From the NCBI GenBank assembly GCA_051439425.1, contig JBFRWD010000017.1, positions 1 through 10,531 of the forward strand: a stretch of 10,531 nt of DNA, written 5' to 3'. The notes under the pieces were generated by a model. That model had not been told where the DNA came from. It did no database searches and saw only the letters and a list, made by a program, of their open reading frames with translations. Each line of letters starts with the position of its first letter. Position 1 is the first letter of the stretch. The position numbers and the translations under genes were made by a program. The stretch comes from Synechococcus sp. GTDB lineage: Bacteria > Cyanobacteriota > Cyanobacteriia > Thermostichales > PCC-7336. This document shows positions 1-5,800 of the stretch, piece by piece.

Positions 1-565
1 CACGGTGACTTGAACGAGATAGTCGTTATCAGCATTGGCATCCCCGGGCGCTTCAAAGTCGGGAGCCGCTGCAAAGGTCAACACTCCTGAGGAGGAATCC
101 AGGTTGAATAGAGCCTGGTCGGCGCCTCCGCTCAAGCTATAGGTTAGCCCCGAGCCTTCTGAATCGTTATCATCCGTGGATTGCACATCAATCGCACTCG
201 TCTGATTTTCGGACACACTTGCTGTGGCCGGGCTGGTAATTGTTGGACCGGTATTCTCCACTTCATCAGTGACGCTAATGGTGAGGTCTTGAACATCGGT
301 TAGACCACCAGAATCGGTCACGGTGACTTGAACGAGATAGTCGTTATCAGCATTGGCATCCCCGGGCGCTTCAAAGTCGGGAGCCGCCGCAAAGGTCAAC
401 ACTCCTGAGGAGGAATCCAGGTTGAATAGAGCCTGGTCGGCGCCTCCGCTCAAGCTGTAGGTTAGCCCCGAGCCTTCTGAATCACTGTCATCCGTGGATT
501 GCACATCAATCGCACTGGTCTGATTTTCAAGCACACTTGCCGTGGCCGGGCTGGTAATTGTTGGA
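1..565 (-). repeat. Tandem 318-bp (106-aa) direct repeat encoding bacterial cadherin-like domains
   Basis: Positions 1-247 match 319-565 with 10 mismatches by manual count (about 96% identity). Protein motifs are PTITS..SVxEN, LTYSLSGGADQALF and PDFE..D.N.DNDY.VQVTVTD. The array probably continues beyond the window. Confidence 0.93.
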
Positions 566-2304
566 GCGTCGTTAGAGCCATCATTCAGGAAGACTTCTAC
601 GTTCTGGTCATTAAAGTTGGCGACGACTAAGTCCAGCAAGCCATCGTCATTGAGATCTTCGATCGCCACATCGTGAGGCCCATCCACCGCGGCAATGGTT
701 TGTTGGGCATCGAAGCCTCCAGACCCATCCCCTTCAAAAATGGAGATAGAGTCACTGCCGTAGTTGGTGACGACAATATCGAGGTCAGAATCGTTATCTA
801 AATCTCCTACGGCCACTGCATAGGGACTATTGCCTGCAGAGTAGGTACTTTGAGTCCCAAAGCCCCCCGAGCCATCCCCCAACAACACGGAAATCGAGTT
901 TGCATACTCGTTGGTGGATACCAGATCGAGGATGGAATCCCCATTGAAGTCGCCTGCAGCAATGTCGTAAGCGCGATTACCTGCAGCAAATGTGCTTTGG
1001 GCACCAAAGCCCCCCGAGCCATTTCCTAAACGGATGGAGATATTGTCACCATTGCCAGCATTGTTGTTACCGCGATTGGCTACCGCTAAATCGAGGATGG
1101 AATCTCCATTGAAGTCAGCGGTGATGACAGAATTAGGATATTTATCGGTGACAAAGTTGGCTCTACTACCAAAGCCACCACTACCATCCCCCCGAAAAAC
1201 GCTGAGTTGGTCCTCAAAAACTTTGACAACCGCCAGGTCGAGAATGGAATCTCCATTGAAATCCCCTGCTGTCACGGAGTTAGGACGCGAGAGTCTGCCC
1301 CCAACGGTGAAGAAAGAGCGAGAGCCTAAACCTCCATTGCCATCCCCCAATCGAATAGAGACTACTTGCCCGAAACGAGATGTAGTCGCTACATCTAAAT
1401 TTGAATCCCCATTAAAATCAGCCAGGATGGCTGAATACGGGGCATCCCCCATGGCGAATTTAGTATCGGCACTCAATCCTCCCGAACCATCACCTAACAG
1501 AACAGAAACCGTTTCATCACCAAAGCCGGCGTTACTCGCAACAACGTCGGGAATGGAGTCGCCATTCAGATCGCCCACGGCAACAGAGACAGGATATGAC
1601 CCAACACCAAAGGTTTGCTGGTTAAAGAAGATAGTTAGTAGTCCTGGATATGCATCGAGAGTTTCAGTTGCAAAAGCCAAAGAGACCGCTGCTGCTGAGG
1701 CTGATGTCTTTCCAAATGGCTGGAAGTTTGAGAGTGACCATGTGCCACCTCGGGCTTTATTGCCGGTTGGTTGGGAGTTGGCGGCAATGGACGACAGTCC
1801 AGTAAGGTGGCTCAACTGCTGGAGAAAGTTTTGTCCTGTCTGGCCTAGGGCAACTTCACAGCCATATAAGACTAGTTGGGCATTCTCAGCAAAATAGGTT
1901 TGCCACTGCTGGAGCTGGGTTGAGTAACGGTTAAGGTTGGCATCCGAAAGAACTACGTTGCTGAACTGCAACTGACCGGGGGCACCGTGACTAACTAGGT
2001 GTAGCTCTGAAATAGGTTGATGGGTGCGCAGAAGTGCTGTGATTTGGGCGATCGCATCTTCTTTGTCATCCAGCACAAAAGCTTGGGTTTCGTCCAAAAC
2101 CCCATCAAGTAGCATTTCATACCAATCTACGGATGGATCGACAATTATTAGGGATTGGGGCGCTGAAGATGGGGATGCCAGTGCTTGAAGAATTCCAGGC
2201 AACGTCAAACCTGAAGGGTGCTGGGATACTGCAAGGTCCCTATCTGCTTCATTTAAGTTGTCGAGTGCTAAAGGAGAAGCCACAGAAGTGTTGTTCAGAG
2301 CCAT
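1..2304 (-). CDS. Large extracellular/adhesin-like protein, N-terminal 768 aa, continues past the left edge: DUF4347 + 7 FG-GAP repeats + tandem cadherin-like domains
   Basis: My translation of the minus strand from ATG at 2304 (in-frame TAG four codons upstream) stays open to position 1. It reads MALNNTSVASPL...LIIVDPSVDWYEMLLDGV...ELHLVSHGAPGQLQF...LVLYGCEVALG...GGTWSL...YPGLL, then GDLNGDSIPD-type repeats, then NDAPTITSPATASVLENQT...PDFEAPGDANADNDYLVQVTV. It is missing from the ORF track because no stop lies in the window. Confidence 0.93.
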   Translation of the reverse strand, partial: MALNNTSVASPLALDNLNEADRDLAVSQHPSGLTLPGILQALASPSSAPQSLIIVDPSVDWYEMLLDGVLDETQAFVLDDKEDAIAQITALLRTHQPISELHLVSHGAPGQLQFSNVVLSDANLNRYSTQLQQWQTYFAENAQLVLYGCEVALGQTGQNFLQQLSHLTGLSSIAANSQPTGNKARGGTWSLSNFQPFGKTSASAAAVSLAFATETLDAYPGLLTIFFNQQTFGVGSYPVSVAVGDLNGDSIPDVVASNAGFGDETVSVLLGDGSGGLSADTKFAMGDAPYSAILADFNGDSNLDVATTSRFGQVVSIRLGDGNGGLGSRSFFTVGGRLSRPNSVTAGDFNGDSILDLAVVKVFEDQLSVFRGDGSGGFGSRANFVTDKYPNSVITADFNGDSILDLAVANRGNNNAGNGDNISIRLGNGSGGFGAQSTFAAGNRAYDIAAGDFNGDSILDLVSTNEYANSISVLLGDGSGGFGTQSTYSAGNSPYAVAVGDLDNDSDLDIVVTNYGSDSISIFEGDGSGGFDAQQTIAAVDGPHDVAIEDLNDDGLLDLVVANFNDQNVEVFLNDGSNDAPTITSPATASVLENQTSAIDVQSTDDSDSEGSGLTYSLSGGADQALFNLDSSSGVLTFAAAPDFEAPGDANADNDYLVQVTVTDSGGLTDVQDLTISVTDEVENTGPTITSPATASVSENQTSAIDVQSTDDNDSEGSGLTYSLSGGADQALFNLDSSSGVLTFAAAPDFEAPGDANADNDYLVQVTV
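570..1630 (-). repeat. Seven FG-GAP/VCBS-like repeats, probably a 7-bladed Ca2+-binding beta-propeller
   Basis: Seven DxNxDxxxD-type loops: GDLNGDSIPD, ADFNGDSNLD, GDFNGDSILD, ADFNGDSILD, GDFNGDSILD, GDLDNDSDLD, EDLNDDGLLD. Most are followed by an LGDGSGGF-like motif at roughly 50-aa spacing. Confidence 0.9.
1636..2150 (-). other. DUF4347 domain within the left CDS
   Basis: Motifs typical of DUF4347: IVDPSV, DAIAQIT, LHLVSHGAPGQL, LYGCEVA, LSHLTG, TGNKARGGTW, YPGLL. Boundaries are approximate. Confidence 0.85.
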
Positions 2305-2642
2305 GAACGTTGCCTATCAATTAGTTTTGAAACAGCTAGGGAAGAATTTTAGTGAATACGCTGTAGGAATATTCACCATCATGTGTTAAATGATCGAAGT
2401 CAAATATACGTTCATTAAGCTTATGCCGTTAAATACTGGGTAAATGACTGTGGTTTTGAGCAGAGTTTAGATGTCGTTTCTTTACTGGCAGGTATTCTGT
2501 GAAACCTTTTTGCAATGCAAAGCGGTTCGATCAATGCCTAAATGAATGCCAGTTCGATTGAGATGGGAGTTTGATGCCTTAAGGCTTTGCAGGGCTGATG
2601 TGTCTTGGCATAGACTTCTTGTGCGAAGGACTGTGTGGGTAG

Positions 2643-2748
2643 ATATAACGATCGGCAATCTGCTATAGAAAGTTTCCTCGCTCTGTTTGTTTGCAAATCA
2701 AGGGTTTTAGCTGAGGCTAAGCTCTAGACTCTACAGCGGATTGCTATA
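2643..2748. repeat. ~106-bp dispersed repeat / MITE-like element, copy A, with imperfect terminal inverted repeats
   Basis: GCAATCTGCTATAGA (2655-2669) matches the reverse complement of TCTACAGCGGATTGC (2730-2744) at 13/15. The segment aligns colinearly with 10145-10251. Confidence 0.65.
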
Positions 2749-2863
2749 ACAAGCTCTCAGAGGTCTGTCTGTTGGCTGTTTAGGCAAGAAATCGAATGGA
2801 TGAGAAAAGGATCGTTAATTCTGCTTTGTTTGCTGCTGGACTCCCCTTCTGCCTAATTCCCCA

Positions 2864-5800
2864 ATGAGCGCTTCTGAATCTTCACCCCCTCGCAATAGCA
2901 TCACAGCCGATCGCCAGTTTTCCACTTGGCTTCAGCAGCAAGGAATTAGCCTCGGCTGCACCACGTATCAGACCAGCCGCTTGCTACTACTGGGAGCGAG
3001 TGCGGATGGCAAGACTTTCGCAGGATTCGAGCGGATTTTCGATCGGGCAATGGGGCTATTTGCCACTGGCGATCGCCTGTTTCTCAGTTCCAAATACCAA
3101 ATTTGGCAACTGGATAATGTCTTGTCTGCAGGGCAGGAGCATCGCGGCTACGATCGCTTGTATGTGCCCCGTGTGGGCTACACCACAGGAGATTTGGACG
3201 TCCACGATATTGCCATTATCGATCGCTGGGTTGACGGTACCCCTTGGCAAGACTATGCCCCCAGCCAAGCTCCGTTTGTTTTTGTCAGCCCTCTGCTCAA
3301 TTGCATTGCCACGATTAGCCCTAAGAATAGTTGTTTACCGTTATGGAAGCCGCCATTTATCTCGAAAATCATTAATGAAGATCGGTGCCATTTGAATGGG
3401 TTGGCAGTGAAGGATGGCCAGCCCAGTTATGTTACAGCCACAAGCCAATCAGACATTATTGAGGGCTGGCGAGATCGCCGCCGAGATGGTGGCGTCGTTA
3501 TCGATGTGGCCAGCAATGACATCATCGTCACGGGGTTATCGATGCCCCATTCCCCCCGCTGGTATCGAGATCGCCTTTGGGTGCTTAATTCGGGGCAGGG
3601 AGAATTGGGGTATGTCGATTTAGATTCGGGGACATTTGAACCAGTTGTATTCTGTCCTGGATTTTTGCGGGGGCTAGCCTTCTGGCAGAACTTTGCCATT
3701 GTTGGATTGTCAAAACCTCGGGGGGACAAAGGTACCTTTTCTGGTTTAGCGCTAGACGATCGCCTGAAAGAAAAAGACGCTAATCCTTGGTGCGGTTTGA
3801 TGATCGTCGATCTCGATTCGGGGGCGATCGTGCATTGGGTGCGCTTTGAAGGAGATATTTCTGAACTGTATGACGTTCAGGTGTTGCCAGGTGTTCAGCG
3901 TCCCATGGCATTGGGATTCCAGACGGATGAAATTTCCCAACTGATTACGTTGGATCCGATGCTGGAGAGGCCTGAGCCTCAAGCGGCAGTATCGACGCCT
4001 GCCAAAGAAATTGTCACAGAAGGGCAAGGCGCTCTCCCTCAGCCACAACAAGTACCTCAGCTACAAGAAATAACAGAGGCAACCTCTTCCACCGTTCCAT
4101 CACTGTCTGTCACTCTAGCGGTCAATCCCCAGCCGGAGGCCCCTGCGGCGATCGCCTTGCCAGTGCCTGAAACACAAGCATCTTTCCTTGAGCCGAGGGA
4201 AGAGCGCCAACAATTAACGAAAACGATATTGGATGTGTCGGCAGAGCAGTTACCTCAACTGTATGCGGGGGAACTGGGGGACCGATATCGAGCAATGTTG
4301 CATCACCCCATCCAGTACCAGCCTTTAACAACGCAAGAACAAGCGCTAGTCGATCGCCACAGTGCCATCTTGGCGGATAGTCCCCAAGCCCTCAGCTCGG
4401 TGATGGTTCTGCTTTTGCACCGTCTTCCCTATCAATTGCCGCGCCGCTGGTTCGAACCCATCAAAATTCCAGCTTGGTTCGTCAATGATTATTTGCCTTT
4501 CATGCTGACACCACCGCTGACATTGCAGTCGGCGGCCGAGACAGAATCCTATGCCAATTATTTGAGTGATTGGTTTGAGTTCCTCCATCGGAGAATTACT
4601 CTTAATCCCACATCCGATACCTGGAAAAATGTGGCCTGCTTTGTTGCTCAAAGTTCGGAATTTATTCCTATTCCTGGCCATGAAACTAATCTGAAAAATA
4701 CGCTGGTCAATTGGGGAGCAATCGCTGAATTTGCCTTAGAAACTCAGGGGTTCTCGATTCACAAACAATGTCTTCCTCGTTCCAGCGATGGCACCAAAAT
4801 TCGATTTGGCCTCTTCCTTCATAACGCTGCGAAAGATTCATATCCTTTTGCCGCATTACCGGCGATCGCACATCTAGACCGGACGAAATTCGAGATTATT
4901 CTCTACTCCACCACAGCGTTCGAAGGGGCAGTTGCTGACTATGTAGAGGGGAAGTGCGATCGCGCGACCCTGCTTTCCCAGGATCTAGCTCAAGCGGTTG
5001 AAATGATTCGTCAGGACGAGCTTGACCTATTACTGTTGGGGAGTGACATCGCCACTGGTTCCCGACCCACGACATTTCTCGCTATGCATCGACTGGCAAG
5101 GGTACAGGTGGCCTCTCCAGCGAGCCCGACCACTAGCGGCATTGGCAATGTTGACTATTACATCAGCGATCGGGGGAATCATTCTGAGTCTGTGTTGCAG
5201 GAGCAATTCAGTGAGAAGTTGATTTGCCTTGAGGGAGAGACGTTGGCGGACATCCCTCCATTTGCGGGAAGTCGGATATACAGCGCCAAAATTGCAGAAA
5301 TCCTGGAGAAAATCTCTACACCACAGCATGAGCAATTGCCCGAACCTGAACTCTTAAAAAGAGTAATTTCCTTCTGTCTTTGGGGCGCAAATCCTAAGTA
5401 CACCATTGGTGCCATCAAAAATGCTGACCTAGCCCCGGAGGTCTATCCCGGCTGGATTTGTCGCTATTACGTCGATGAAACTGTTCCCAACGAGATTATC
5501 GAACAACTGCGATCTCGCCCGCATGTGGAAGTCATCCAACTGAATGGAGACCTTGGCTGGAAAACGGCCTTCTGCCGCTTTTGGCCCGTCGCAGATCCAG
5601 ATGTGGGAGTCACCATCATTCGCGATACTGACTCGAGACTCAATCAACGGGAAAAAGCTGCCGTTGATGCTTGGCTCAATAGTCCCCATAAGTTCCACAT
5701 CATGCGGGACCACCCCCGCCATAACCTGCCAATGCTAGCGGGAATGTGGGGGACTCGAGGTCAGATCCCCGATATCGCCACCCAAATCGATCGCCACCTT

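Noticed and set aside
1..565. CRISPR array or IS as an explanation for the repeats
   Set aside because: The repeats are in-frame protein domains with no spacers, and there is no transposase or cas gene in the window.
807..1022. 71-aa minus-strand ORF
   Set aside because: It is an alternative frame inside the real minus-strand gene.
992..1897. 301-aa plus-strand ORF with repeated 'MESPLKS' and 'PKPPLPSP'
   Set aside because: It is the antisense shadow of the FG-GAP repeats; those motifs are the reverse-strand readings of DFNGDSI and GDGSGGFG.
2352..2376. GTGAATA-N11-TATTCAC inverted repeat and an NtcA-like GTA-N8-CAC
   Set aside because: The repeat is short and the site mismatches the GTA-N8-TAC consensus, so both are compatible with chance in AT-rich DNA.
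2488..2560. Possible c-di-GMP-I riboswitch (GCAAAGC...CCTAA fragments)
   Set aside because: The required GGCAAAC/GNRA stem and receptor pairing cannot be built.
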